DNA from: Candidatus Undinarchaeales archaeon
Lineage (GTDB): Archaea > SpSt-1190 > JASMDC01
Assembly: GCA_030753015.1 (NCBI GenBank)
Contig: JASMDC010000016.1
Location: 1-64,000 of the forward strand
Length of the DNA: 64,000 bases
Reading direction: 5' to 3'
Part shown: positions 1 to 9,392 of the stretch, piece by piece
How positions within the stretch are numbered: the first letter of the stretch is position 1
Layout of the letters: every line of letters begins with the position of its first letter
Made by a program: the position numbers and the translations under genes
Notes under the pieces: model-generated
What the model was told of the DNA's origin: nothing
The model's input: the letters and a program-made list of their open reading frames with translations, nothing else
Databases searched by the model: none

Positions 1-1
1 G

Positions 2-280
2 TGCTCGTTCTGTGCATCGGGCGCCTATCACAAGGAGCACGAAGGAGGTACGCTATCAGAGAAGGAGCTGAAGAAGTATCAAGTCTCAGAGTCCATGCTC
101 TTCGAGAACAAGGAGTTCCGACGCAAGATGGAACGCGCTAAGGCTTCGGGAGCGATAGGCCGAGGTACCGATGGGATCTACTCCTATTTCGCGCATCGCG
201 GTCGTGATGAGGACGCCGTTGACGATGACTTCCCCAGCACCAAGGACACAAGGACGCGGAACCGCAAGCCAAGTCCTTGA
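2..280 (+). CDS. Hypothetical protein, 3' part only (5' end outside window)
   Basis: Frame is open from base 2 (CSFCASGAYH...) through ORF 95..280; CxxC at the window edge. Confidence 0.5.
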   Translation, partial: CSFCASGAYHKEHEGGTLSEKELKKYQVSESMLFENKEFRRKMERAKASGAIGRGTDGIYSYFAHRGRDEDAVDDDFPSTKDTRTRNRKPSP

Positions 281-284
281 TAGG

Positions 285-599
285 TCATTTGGACTCGGAA
301 TGGAAACGTTTCCAGAAGTTATAGCACCGGTTGAACCGTCGACCTAGCTGAGAGGAGACCGACCATGGTGAGTATCGCCATTCCCGCTGTAATATCCCTA
401 GGCGCTCCATGCGCTTGACGACGTCACTAACCGATGTGCGGGACTCACCGATCACTTCAGCGAGTTCCTTGGTGGTCATCCTTCTCTGCTGGAGTGTCTG
501 CAGGGACCTGATGGCGATTGCCTTGTAATGTCCACGGAAGAAAAGGCCCATGAGCCCCTCGAGGTCAACGGCGTCCCCCTGCATATTGGAGATGACCAT
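285..599 (-). CDS. Winged-helix HTH transcriptional regulator (MarR/TrmB-like)
   Basis: MTTKELAEVIGESRTSVSDVVKRMERLGIL HTH pattern; AT-rich TATA-like tract near 622-630. Confidence 0.7.
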   Translation of the reverse strand: MVISNMQGDAVDLEGLMGLFFRGHYKAIAIRSLQTLQQRRMTTKELAEVIGESRTSVSDVVKRMERLGILQREWRYSPWSVSSQLGRRFNRCYNFWKRFHSESK

Positions 600-696
600 T
601 TAACATGGCTGCGGTCTCATGATTTATTAACGTATTCAAGTCCCGAATTGACCGGGCTCGGAACACGTATAAACCTGAGCCACCGTCCCCGCGCTC

Positions 697-1326
697 ATGC
701 TCCCAGTGGCGTTGCTACAGCATCACCCCGGTACGGTCTGTATCGAGGAGGTACGCCGGCTCCTCGATAAACGAGGCATCCCACATCGGACCTACCGTGC
801 CGATATCGGGGAGCTGCCCAGTAACGATGACGTATCAGGCCTCATGCTCTGTGGTTCCGATTATTATCTTAGTGATATCAGGAATGAGGAATGGGTGATC
901 CGTGAGCTCGACCTCCTGAGCAGTGCCAACCGTCCTGTACTCGGTATCTGTTTTGGGCACCAGCTCGTGGCCGAAGCTTTCGGTGGACTTACTGCGAAGG
1001 GGAAAGGGTACAGCGAGGCTGTAGGTCCTACCGAGGTCGAGGTATTGGAGGACCATCCACTGTTCAAGGGTCTCCCTGGAAAAATCCTCGTGTTCGAATG
1101 GCATGAGGACGAGGTCGTGCGTGTTCCGTCAGGATTCCAGGTGCTCGCACAATCCACCGACTGTCCTGTGGAAGCGATGGTCCATAAAGAGCGACCCATC
1201 TGGTGTGTCCAGTTCCACCCAGAGGTGACCAACCTCATGCACGAGCATGGAGCGGACAACACCCATGGTGAGATAATCGTGAACAACTTCACCAACCTCG
1301 TCGAATCGCTCAGCTCGTATGGATAA
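697..1326 (+). CDS. Class I glutamine amidotransferase (GMP synthase A / gamma-glutamyl peptidase-like)
   Basis: LGICFGHQ nucleophile elbow, HEDEV, QFHPE catalytic His-Glu. Confidence 0.9.
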   Translation: MLPVALLQHHPGTVCIEEVRRLLDKRGIPHRTYRADIGELPSNDDVSGLMLCGSDYYLSDIRNEEWVIRELDLLSSANRPVLGICFGHQLVAEAFGGLTAKGKGYSEAVGPTEVEVLEDHPLFKGLPGKILVFEWHEDEVVRVPSGFQVLAQSTDCPVEAMVHKERPIWCVQFHPEVTNLMHEHGADNTHGEIIVNNFTNLVESLSSYG

Positions 1327-1431
1327 AACATACGACGGCGGCTTGCGCGAAGGGATACTTTTTTAAAAACAGGGGTTTCCAGCGTCATTCTCCTTTTGGG
1401 GCTCCTTGTCCCAATAGGAGGTGGTACTACC

Positions 1432-2121
1432 ATGGCAGGAAAGATCGAAAAGGGCGATTTCATACTCTTGGACTATGTCGGCCGGATAAAGGAGACAGGC
1501 AAGGTCTTTGACCTTACGTCCGAGGAGCAGGCCCGACAGGAGAACGTGTTCGATCCCCAGGGGAGCTATGGCCCCCGCACGGTCATCATCGGTGCAGGGC
1601 ACCTCATCAAAGGTCTTGAAGACGCGCTCATTGGGTCGAAGGTAGGAGGCTCGATGACCGTCGAGCTCCCCCCCGACCAAGCATTCGGGGCTCGAGATCC
1701 CAAGCGGCGGAAGCTCGTTCCAATGCGGGAGTTCAAGAAACAACGGATCAATCCTTACCCCGGCATGAGCGTCCATCTAAACAATGATAGCGGTGTCGTC
1801 GCTACTGTGAGCGGTGGTCGTGTGGTCGTTGACTTCAATCACCCGCTTGCCGGCAAGACCCTCGTATACGAGGTGGACGTACGCGACAAGGTGAAGAAGG
1901 AAGAGGAAATGGTTCAGTCTGTCCTCAAGATCAACCTCGACCTCCCGGTTGAGGACTTCAACGTCACTGTCGGAAAGAAGGACGTCTCTATCATTGTCCC
2001 TGAGGAGCCTTCAGTATTCCCGCGCTCCTACAAGCAGAAAATTGCTACTGAGATCATGGAGTACGTCAAGAAGGACGAGGTCCGGTTCCTTGACGTGTTT
2101 CGTAAGAGTAATAATAAATAA
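1432..2121 (+). CDS. slyD: Long-type archaeal FKBP peptidyl-prolyl isomerase (SlyD-like)
   Basis: GDFILLDY, FD-T, GLEDAL, PPDQAFG, VDFNHPLAGKTL; GGAGGTGG RBS before ATG 1432. Confidence 0.9.
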   Translation: MAGKIEKGDFILLDYVGRIKETGKVFDLTSEEQARQENVFDPQGSYGPRTVIIGAGHLIKGLEDALIGSKVGGSMTVELPPDQAFGARDPKRRKLVPMREFKKQRINPYPGMSVHLNNDSGVVATVSGGRVVVDFNHPLAGKTLVYEVDVRDKVKKEEEMVQSVLKINLDLPVEDFNVTVGKKDVSIIVPEEPSVFPRSYKQKIATEIMEYVKKDEVRFLDVFRKSNNK

Positions 2122-2166
2122 TTTGGACATGTCGTTGGACGCGCTAGTATAGGGAGGAAACTGATA

Positions 2167-3294
2167 ATGACGAGGATCATCGAAGTGGGAGACGGCCCCA
2201 TGCACGAAGAGGTCCATCACACCAGGACCATCGATGCCGAACTAGAGGAACTCCTCCGCCATCAGAAGGCAACGATCAAGGTCATCGGTGCTGGCGGAGC
2301 TGGGAACAACACCATCACTCGGCTGATGGAGGTCGGAATAGAAGGTGCTGAGACCATCATCGTGAACACCGATGCACAGGACCTCCTGTACTCTGATGCG
2401 GACAAGAAGATTCTTCTTGGCAAGGATATCACCAATGGCCTCGGTGCCGGCTCCGACCCTTCTAAGGGCGAGGAAGCGGCCAGAGAGAACGAGCAGGACA
2501 TCAAGGACGCCCTTCACGGTGCCGACATGGTGTTCCTGACCTGCGGTCTCGGCGGGGGCACGGGCACGGGCTCCGGACCTGTCATCGCAGAAGTTGCAAA
2601 GAAGCTCGGTGCGCTCACCGTGGCCGTCGTCACCATGCCGTTCGAGATGGAAGGTGCAAAGCGGTACGAGAACGCCCGCAGCGGACTGGACAAGCTTCAG
2701 AGCGTCGTCGATACGCTCATCCTCATCCCCAATGACAAGCTCCTCGAGATAGTCCCCAACGTCCCGATCAACACATCGTTCAAGGTTGCCGACGAGATAC
2801 TCGTCAACGCCGTTAAAGGGATTGCTGAGCTTGTGACCAGGCCGGGTCTCGTGAACCTCGACTTCGCTGATATCAAAGCAGTAATGAACGAGGGTGGTCT
2901 TGCGATGATCGGTCTTGGTGAATCGGACACTGAGAACCGTGCCCTGGAGGCTGTCGAAAAGGCGATCAACAATCCGCTCCTTGACGTCGATATCACAGGC
3001 GCCAAGGGTGCGCTCGTCAATGTCTCTGGCGGACCAGATCTCACTCTGACAGAAGCGAAGGATGTTGTGTCCGCAATCTCCCAGAAGCTCGCACCGGATG
3101 CAAGGATAATCTGGGGTGCTCAGCTGGCAAAGGAGATGCAGCAGACCGTTCGTGTTATGCTCATCGTCACCGGCGTGAGCTCACCTCAGATCTTCGCACC
3201 GGAGCGGACCTTCCAGGCCAAAAAGAACGAGGAGATGAAGTCGGAGCTCGGTATCGAGTTCATCACTCCAAAAGGGAAGGCCCATGATTCCTGA
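2167..3294 (+). CDS. ftsZ: Cell division GTPase FtsZ
   Basis: [22 protein letters not shown] tubulin signature, NLDFAD T7 loop; conserved ftsZ-secE-spt5 context. Confidence 0.98.
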   Translation: MTRIIEVGDGPMHEEVHHTRTIDAELEELLRHQKATIKVIGAGGAGNNTITRLMEVGIEGAETIIVNTDAQDLLYSDADKKILLGKDITNGLGAGSDPSKGEEAARENEQDIKDALHGADMVFLTCGLGGGTGTGSGPVIAEVAKKLGALTVAVVTMPFEMEGAKRYENARSGLDKLQSVVDTLILIPNDKLLEIVPNVPINTSFKVADEILVNAVKGIAELVTRPGLVNLDFADIKAVMNEGGLAMIGLGESDTENRALEAVEKAINNPLLDVDITGAKGALVNVSGGPDLTLTEAKDVVSAISQKLAPDARIIWGAQLAKEMQQTVRVMLIVTGVSSPQIFAPERTFQAKKNEEMKSELGIEFITPKGKAHDS

Positions 3295-3481
3295 ACCACA
3301 ACAGATCTCAAAAGACATCCGCAAGAAGCTGCGGGAGTACTACCGTGTGCTTCTCATAACTAAAAAGCCTGACAAGCAAGAGTTCATGGGCGTCGTCAAG
3401 GTAACAGGGCTGGGGATCGTGCTCATAGGTACAATTGGCCTTATTATCATGACCGCATTCACACTCTTGCCAATACAATAG
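3284..3481 (+). CDS. secE: Protein translocase SecE (Sec61 gamma)
   Basis: EYYRVLLITKKPDKQEF followed by a C-terminal TM helix; synteny. Confidence 0.92.
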   Translation: MIPEPQQISKDIRKKLREYYRVLLITKKPDKQEFMGVVKVTGLGIVLIGTIGLIIMTAFTLLPIQ

Positions 3482-3497
3482 GAACTAGGTGTTCATT

Positions 3498-3971
3498 ATG
3501 ACCGAACTGTTTGCCGTACGGACAACCGCCGGCCGCGAGGAGATGGTGCTCGACCGTGTCGTCGCCAGGGCCAAGAGGCTCACCATCGGTGTGAAGTCCG
3601 TCATCGCCCCAAAGCAGCTGAAAGGATACGTTGTCATCGAAGCGGATGAACTCTCCCAAGTGGAGGATGCCGTCAAGGGAATCCAATATGCCCGCGGGGT
3701 CGTCCGTGCCCCTATCTCGTTCGAGGAGGTCAAGCACTTCCTGACAGCAACGCCCACAGTCATCAATATCGAGAAAGGGGATCTCATCGAGCTCGTATCG
3801 GGACCGTTCAAGGGTGAGAAGGCCAAGGTAACGCGCGTCGACAAGATCAAACAGGACGTCACCGTCGAGCTCGTGCAGGCTGCGGTGCCCATCCCAGTCA
3901 CGATCAAGGTTGAATCCGTCAGGCTCATGGAGCGGCCGGAAGTACGGGAGGAGCCTACCTATGACGACTAA
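3498..3971 (+). CDS. spt5: Transcription elongation factor Spt5/NusG
   Basis: NGN domain (KGYVVIEA) plus KOW motif (GDLIELVSGPFKGEKAKV); synteny. Confidence 0.95.
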   Translation: MTELFAVRTTAGREEMVLDRVVARAKRLTIGVKSVIAPKQLKGYVVIEADELSQVEDAVKGIQYARGVVRAPISFEEVKHFLTATPTVINIEKGDLIELVSGPFKGEKAKVTRVDKIKQDVTVELVQAAVPIPVTIKVESVRLMERPEVREEPTYDD

Positions 3972-4236
3972 AGCTACTGAACTCATCAAGAAGAAGATGG
4001 GCATCCAGAAGGGTGCCGGCGACCACAAGAACGAGACAGCTGGCGATCTGAGTATGAAACTGGCCATTGAGGTCGCGAAGGAGAAGGCCCCAGCCTTGCT
4101 CGCCAACGATCTCAAAGGCGCCACAAAGGAGATCGTCGGGACGGCTCTGACCATGGGTATAACTGTCGAGGGGAAGGACCCTCGTGAGGCCCAGCGCGAG
4201 ATCTCAGAGGGCAAGTACGATTCCCTGTTCTCTTGA
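3961..4236 (+). CDS. rpl11: Ribosomal protein uL11, C-terminal rRNA-binding domain only (91 aa)
   Basis: ELIKKKMGI...KEIVGTALTMGITVEGKDPRE...EGKYD matches the archaeal L11 CTD; own RBS (GGGAGGAG) before ATG 3961; synteny after spt5. Confidence 0.85.
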   Translation: MTTKATELIKKKMGIQKGAGDHKNETAGDLSMKLAIEVAKEKAPALLANDLKGATKEIVGTALTMGITVEGKDPREAQREISEGKYDSLFS

Positions 4237-4267
4237 ACAGGATTCATCCCGAGTCCTGTGATCGTCC

Positions 4268-5311
4268 GTGACCATCGACAAGATCCCAAGAGCGATCCTT
4301 CCAGAAGGGGGACCCGATAAAAAGGTCATGAAGCGACAGGACATCCTCCGTCGATTCATCGATGCTCTCCCTATTGGAGTAACGGTCATAGATCCGGACC
4401 ATGTCATTATCTACGCTAACACGTTCCTCCGGGACCGTTTCGGAGAGCTCCGAGGAAAGAAGTGTTATGTGCTATACCATGCTCTAGGTATACCGCATCC
4501 CGAATGTCCCTTGGACCTGGAAAAAGGTGATGATGTTATCGAGAGCCCTGGATCGGACGGACGTTACTATCGCATCCGTCACTCAGAGAACAGGCTCCGG
4601 GGAGGACGGAAGGCACTCGTCGCTGTCGTCGAGGACATCACGGACCATCGGCGGATGAGCAAGGAGCTCGACACCCTAAGGGATATGCTCGGTGTCTCCA
4701 CACCTGCCGAGCGCTACGTCAGCTCCGGCGACCGGAACGCCCTTCGGCCGCTGACCATGTATTATCACGAGATCGATGTAACGCCGGTCACCGAAAGAAT
4801 TAAGGTGGCCACTGATGAACCTGAGACAGCAGTCACTCTCGACCATAAGACGGTCTATTTCATCGAAGAGCGGAAGCCCGAAATATCATTCAGGGAATTC
4901 GCTCGACAGGTAGCCAAGGGTGCTGAAGGTCTGTGCATCACCCGCGTTCACCCATCGAAGGTACGTGATGCGTGGAACCTTAGGACTACCCCGATCATCT
5001 GGCTCAGCAACATAAAGGATCCGGAAGTCAAGTGCCTCGAACCCACAGCGCTTGTGAACCTGCTCTCTTTGGTATCCTCCTTCCTGAAGAAGGCCGAGAA
5101 TGGAGTCGTCCTCCTAGATGGAATCGAGTACCTCATCAGTCTCAACTCCTTCCAGGACGTGCTGAAGTATGTGGGATTCATCAACGACAAGATAATGATG
5201 AGCGAATCCACCATGATCGTCGACCTCGATCCTGAAGCCCTTGAGAAGAAGGAGGTTAGACTCCTGGAACGTGATATGATCGAGCTCAATAGTTCCGATC
5301 CTACGCTGTGA
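4268..5311 (+). CDS. PAS domain + DUF835 (inactive KaiC-like) signalling protein; start may be 4328
   Basis: IDALPIGVTVID...IIYAN...GKKCY PAS pattern; LCITR...IWLS...VVLLDGIEYL...DPEAL DUF835 pattern. Confidence 0.8.
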   Translation: MTIDKIPRAILPEGGPDKKVMKRQDILRRFIDALPIGVTVIDPDHVIIYANTFLRDRFGELRGKKCYVLYHALGIPHPECPLDLEKGDDVIESPGSDGRYYRIRHSENRLRGGRKALVAVVEDITDHRRMSKELDTLRDMLGVSTPAERYVSSGDRNALRPLTMYYHEIDVTPVTERIKVATDEPETAVTLDHKTVYFIEERKPEISFREFARQVAKGAEGLCITRVHPSKVRDAWNLRTTPIIWLSNIKDPEVKCLEPTALVNLLSLVSSFLKKAENGVVLLDGIEYLISLNSFQDVLKYVGFINDKIMMSESTMIVDLDPEALEKKEVRLLERDMIELNSSDPTL

Positions 5312-5422
5312 TCGCGCGTCAATGACAGGACGAGGAAAACAATGTCCTTCGGTCGTCGGACCACCAGCCCGGTATATTTTTTAACCTTCCTCCACCCCAT
5401 CCCCCTCAATAGGTGATGTTCT

Positions 5423-7024
5423 ATGGGTCTTCGTGAGCGCTCTGTCATGGTCCTCTCCCTGATGTTCGGCCTCCTGTTCGCTGTTCTCATGGTCTTCGTC
5501 GAGCTCTACGGGCTCGGTATCGGATTCGCAGTAGTTGGGGCATTGGTGATCATTCTGCTTCAATGGTACCTTGGCCCTGTGTTCCTCAAATGGGTGTACC
5601 ATATCCGTTGGGTTGGGCTCGAAGGCCTCGATCCAGAGCTCGCCGAGTTCGTCAAGCGTACCTGTGAAGAACAGGGCATGCCCGTTCCTGCGATCGGAAT
5701 CATCGATGACGGTAATCCTAATGCGTTCGCGTTCGGCCGTCATAAGGGTGACGCTCATCTCGTGATGACACGAGGCTTGTTGGACATGCTCGACGAAAAA
5801 GAGACCACTGCTGTGGTCGCCCACGAGCTCGGTCACATCGCTCACAACGATTTTGTGGTCATGATGATCGCCTCTACCATACCGATCATCCTCTACATCA
5901 TCTTCAGGCACTCGCTCTACATGGCCCGTGGACGCGGAGACAGCAGGGAGAACAGGGGCGCGCCATACTTCCTTGCCATCGCCGCAGTGTCCTACCTGGT
6001 GTATGTTCTCAGCCAGAACCTAGCGCTATTCCTGAGCCGTGTCCGGGAATACTACGCGGACGATTTCTCGGCAGAGCAGACGCAAAATCCCGATGCGCTC
6101 GCCTCGGCCCTTATCAAGATATCTTACGGTCTCGTGGGGACTAAGGATGATGCAGGCAGCTTCCGTATCGAGGCTGGACGGGCCCTCGGTCTTGCAGACC
6201 ATACCTATGCTCGAGCACTGGCCGCCTCAGCGAAGGGTGTCGGTGCGGTGTCCTGGATGGATGCGCTGAAGGCCATGCGCTGGGACCTAGTAAATCCCTG
6301 GGGGGCCTATTTCGAGCTATTCTCGACACATCCGCTCACCGCCCGGAGAGTGAAAGCCATGGAAGAAGCGGCAAAAGCAAGGGGTATGAGCAGCACTTAT
6401 GACTTCGACTACTTCGAATCTCTCGACAACCTCTCATCCAGTTCATTCGGCGATCGCTGGTCCCACTTCCTGTATGAAATCGCCGTTGGACAGTTACACG
6501 TACTATGTCTCATAGGTATCCCGGCAGCAATCGTGTACGGTTCATTGGAACCGCCGATGGGCCTCCTTAAACTTGCAGTGCTGGGTTTTGCCCTGGGTTA
6601 CTTGGTCAAGACACGGCTCTCCTACCCCGACGGATTCGATCCTGCCTCGGTTGAGGACCTTGTGTACGATGAGTCTGCCTCGCCCGTCCTGGGACGTCCT
6701 GTTACGGTCAAGGGACGTATCATCGGTCGCGGTATCCCTGGATATGTGGCATCTGAGGACCTCGTGCTTCAGGACAGTACGGGATTCATATTCCTCGACT
6801 ACCACCAACCCTTCCATATGCTCGATTTCCTGTTCGGGCTCGGTCGTGCAAATGCTTTCGTGGACAGGAAGGTAACAGTGACCGGCTGGTACCGCAGAGC
6901 CCCTCAGCCCTATATCGAACTCCTCAAGATCGAAGGGGCTCGCGACTCTGCTAACGTCTACACTTACACCGGTCGTATGATTACGGGTGCGTTCATCGCC
7001 CTCATCGCGCTCGTGGTGCTTTAA
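5423..7024 (+). CDS. htpX: M48 zinc metalloprotease, HtpX-like, with C-terminal membrane/OB-like extension
   Basis: PNAFAFG, HELGH, SRVREYYAD, STHP motifs; several TM segments. Confidence 0.88.
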   Translation: MGLRERSVMVLSLMFGLLFAVLMVFVELYGLGIGFAVVGALVIILLQWYLGPVFLKWVYHIRWVGLEGLDPELAEFVKRTCEEQGMPVPAIGIIDDGNPNAFAFGRHKGDAHLVMTRGLLDMLDEKETTAVVAHELGHIAHNDFVVMMIASTIPIILYIIFRHSLYMARGRGDSRENRGAPYFLAIAAVSYLVYVLSQNLALFLSRVREYYADDFSAEQTQNPDALASALIKISYGLVGTKDDAGSFRIEAGRALGLADHTYARALAASAKGVGAVSWMDALKAMRWDLVNPWGAYFELFSTHPLTARRVKAMEEAAKARGMSSTYDFDYFESLDNLSSSSFGDRWSHFLYEIAVGQLHVLCLIGIPAAIVYGSLEPPMGLLKLAVLGFALGYLVKTRLSYPDGFDPASVEDLVYDESASPVLGRPVTVKGRIIGRGIPGYVASEDLVLQDSTGFIFLDYHQPFHMLDFLFGLGRANAFVDRKVTVTGWYRRAPQPYIELLKIEGARDSANVYTYTGRMITGAFIALIALVVL

Positions 7025-7025
7025 G

Positions 7026-7931
7026 ATGTGCCGACTCTACGCCTATATCGGAATCCAGCCTGCACACCTCAAATGCTCGCTCATCGACGCTAATAACGCT
7101 ATCGTCCGTCAGAGCGCTCATAATGCTGATGGCTGGGGTATCGCGTACAATGACAGCGAAGGACAGCTCCAGGTAAGTAAGGAGCCGATCCAGGCGTCAT
7201 GCAGCAAAGAATTCACACAGCTTGTCGAGTCCATCATGGCGACGACGATCATTTCCCATATTCGGCTCGCGAGCGTTGGGAACGTCACCGCAGAGAACAC
7301 TCATCCCTATAGGTTCGGTAATTGGGCTTTCGCCCATAACGGGACAGTCGAGGTCTTTTCCAAAGTGCAAGAGGCCATATTGGCCCTTATCCCTGCCCAC
7401 ATCCGAAAGAACATCAAGGGTTCGACGGACTCCGAACATGTGTTCCATCTCCTTCTCTCCGAGATGGAGCGTCAGGGTATGGACCTCAAGGATCCGTATC
7501 CCGATGAAAGGGACGTAGTAAAAGCCCTACGCAAAACCTTATCTCTTGTGAACGGACTCTCTCACAAGGCAGGAGCATCCTATAATTCACGGCTCAATAT
7601 CCTCCTTACCAACGGAAAGGTATTATGGGGTACCCGATTTGGACATCCCCTCAACTACCTCATGGACTCCGAGCTGACCTGCACGTGCTGTGGTCCAAGG
7701 GATGCCGGTTTCTCGGTCACCATTGCCACGGAACTGCTGACGGACGAGGACCATTGGCACAGTTTCCCTGAGAACACCGTGTTCTATGCGCACATTTCAC
7801 CCCGTCACATCTCGATGGAGGAGCTTCTCATAGACGTCGATCCGACGTTCTCTCCTGTGACGGAGGGCGATCTTGCAGATAGGAGAAAAGACCGTCCGAA
7901 GGTCTGCACGACACCAGCACCTCAGGAGTGA
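7026..7931 (+). CDS. Class II (Ntn) glutamine amidotransferase, EgtC/YafJ/Dug3-like
   Basis: N-terminal MCRL, HNADGWG, HIRLAS, NTHPY, FAHNG, GSTDSE. Confidence 0.9.
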   Translation: MCRLYAYIGIQPAHLKCSLIDANNAIVRQSAHNADGWGIAYNDSEGQLQVSKEPIQASCSKEFTQLVESIMATTIISHIRLASVGNVTAENTHPYRFGNWAFAHNGTVEVFSKVQEAILALIPAHIRKNIKGSTDSEHVFHLLLSEMERQGMDLKDPYPDERDVVKALRKTLSLVNGLSHKAGASYNSRLNILLTNGKVLWGTRFGHPLNYLMDSELTCTCCGPRDAGFSVTIATELLTDEDHWHSFPENTVFYAHISPRHISMEELLIDVDPTFSPVTEGDLADRRKDRPKVCTTPAPQE

Positions 7932-8036
7932 GGTCGGTACAAAGGCTAAACTTGGAAGGTATGATAATAAGTCTCACGATTCCCGATTGTACTTTTTAAG
8001 GCTCGACTACAAACCAGTCAAAGGACACGGGAGCAA

Positions 8037-8417
8037 ATGGGAATCTTCGGCATCATCTACCGGAAGAAACGCCACGTCATAACCGATGTGAGCAGGGAGA
8101 TGCAGTTCTCTGTTGTATACACCTTCTCTGTGGTCGGCATCCTTATCATGTCCTTCGTGATAGTCGCAGGTTATGTTCCGACCATCACGTCGTTGGACAT
8201 TGGCCTCTTCAGTTCCACGATGGACGTGACAGGATTCTCTATCAAGCTAGTGTTCAGATTAACGATTCTCTCTGCCATCGCCCTTGGATTCTCCTCCATG
8301 CTACAAGTATGGGAGTGCGCTGAACGCGAGCTCGTTGACGGCCTCGTTCAGATCGCCAAGAGCGCCAAAGAGGTCGAGGAAGCCACCGCCGTGCTCGCTG
8401 GAAAGAGCAGTAAGTGA
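8037..8417 (+). CDS. Small two-TM membrane protein (paralog of 31730 and 32119 genes)
   Basis: Two hydrophobic stretches; ALGFSSMLQ..E..E.ELVDGL motif shared with the paralogs. Confidence 0.7.
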   Translation: MGIFGIIYRKKRHVITDVSREMQFSVVYTFSVVGILIMSFVIVAGYVPTITSLDIGLFSSTMDVTGFSIKLVFRLTILSAIALGFSSMLQVWECAERELVDGLVQIAKSAKEVEEATAVLAGKSSK

Positions 8418-8470
8418 TTTCACTGACAAGCTCGACGGAAGAATACCTTCACTATGCGGATGTGCTTTAG

Positions 8471-9388
8471 ATGTCGAAGACGGTCACCACGGACGTGGAG
8501 CTCGTTGACAGTATCAATCTTCTGAAAAAGGAGAAGGATGCTATCATACTCGTCCATAACTACCAACCCATCGAGATATACCAGGTATCCGATCACATCG
8601 GTGACTCTCTCGAGCTCTGCCGTCTTGCTCAGCGGACCAAAGCCGAAACGATTGTCTTCTGTGGTGTCGATTTCATGGCAGAATCGGCTGCTGTCCTCAA
8701 TCCAGAGCTGACCGTGCTCATCCCGGAACGACATGCACGTTGTCCCATGGCCGCCATGGCAACAGTCCCTCAGGTTCACCGGATGAGGTCCTTACATAGC
8801 GACGCTGCCGTTGTGGCATATGTCAACACCTCAGCAGCAGTAAAGGCTGCCAGTGATATCTGCTGCACCTCTGCCAATGCTGTAAGAGTTGTCGACTCGC
8901 TTGATGAGGAAGAAGCGATTCTCCTTCCTGATTGTAATCTTGCAGTCTATACGGCCACGAAGAGCTCCAAACGAATCATACCCTGGCCGGGCCACTGCTA
9001 CGTCCACAACCGTATCCTGGAAGACGAGGTGAGAAAAGCAAAGTCCCTTCATCCCGATGCATCTGTGCTCGTGCACCCGGAATGTCCTCCTGCCGTCTGG
9101 TCACTCGCGAACTCCGTGGAGAGTACGAGCGGCATGCTGCGGTTTGTCCGTGAATCCGATGCATCCGAGTTCATCATCGTGACCGAGCGTGGGATGGTGA
9201 ACCGGCTTCAGCTCGAGGAGCCCAACCGACGTTACTACGCGGTGGGGGGTATATGCGCTCAGATGAAACAGAACTCGCTGAAGAAGGTGTATGACGCTCT
9301 TACCTCCATGCAAAACCGAGTAATCGTCCCCGAGGACGTGGCGGACGGTGCGCGTATGGCCCTTGAGCGCATGCTCCAGGTGGGATGA
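8471..9388 (+). CDS. nadA: Quinolinate synthase
   Basis: HNYQ, GDSL, FCGVDFMAES, CPMA, YVN, CTSANA, HPEC, C-terminal CxxM. Confidence 0.96.
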   Translation: MSKTVTTDVELVDSINLLKKEKDAIILVHNYQPIEIYQVSDHIGDSLELCRLAQRTKAETIVFCGVDFMAESAAVLNPELTVLIPERHARCPMAAMATVPQVHRMRSLHSDAAVVAYVNTSAAVKAASDICCTSANAVRVVDSLDEEEAILLPDCNLAVYTATKSSKRIIPWPGHCYVHNRILEDEVRKAKSLHPDASVLVHPECPPAVWSLANSVESTSGMLRFVRESDASEFIIVTERGMVNRLQLEEPNRRYYAVGGICAQMKQNSLKKVYDALTSMQNRVIVPEDVADGARMALERMLQVG

Positions 9389-9392
9389 ATCC

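Noticed and set aside
7026-7931. Ergothioneine biosynthesis (egtC) assignment
   Set aside because: No egtA, egtB or egtD nearby; only a family-level call is supported
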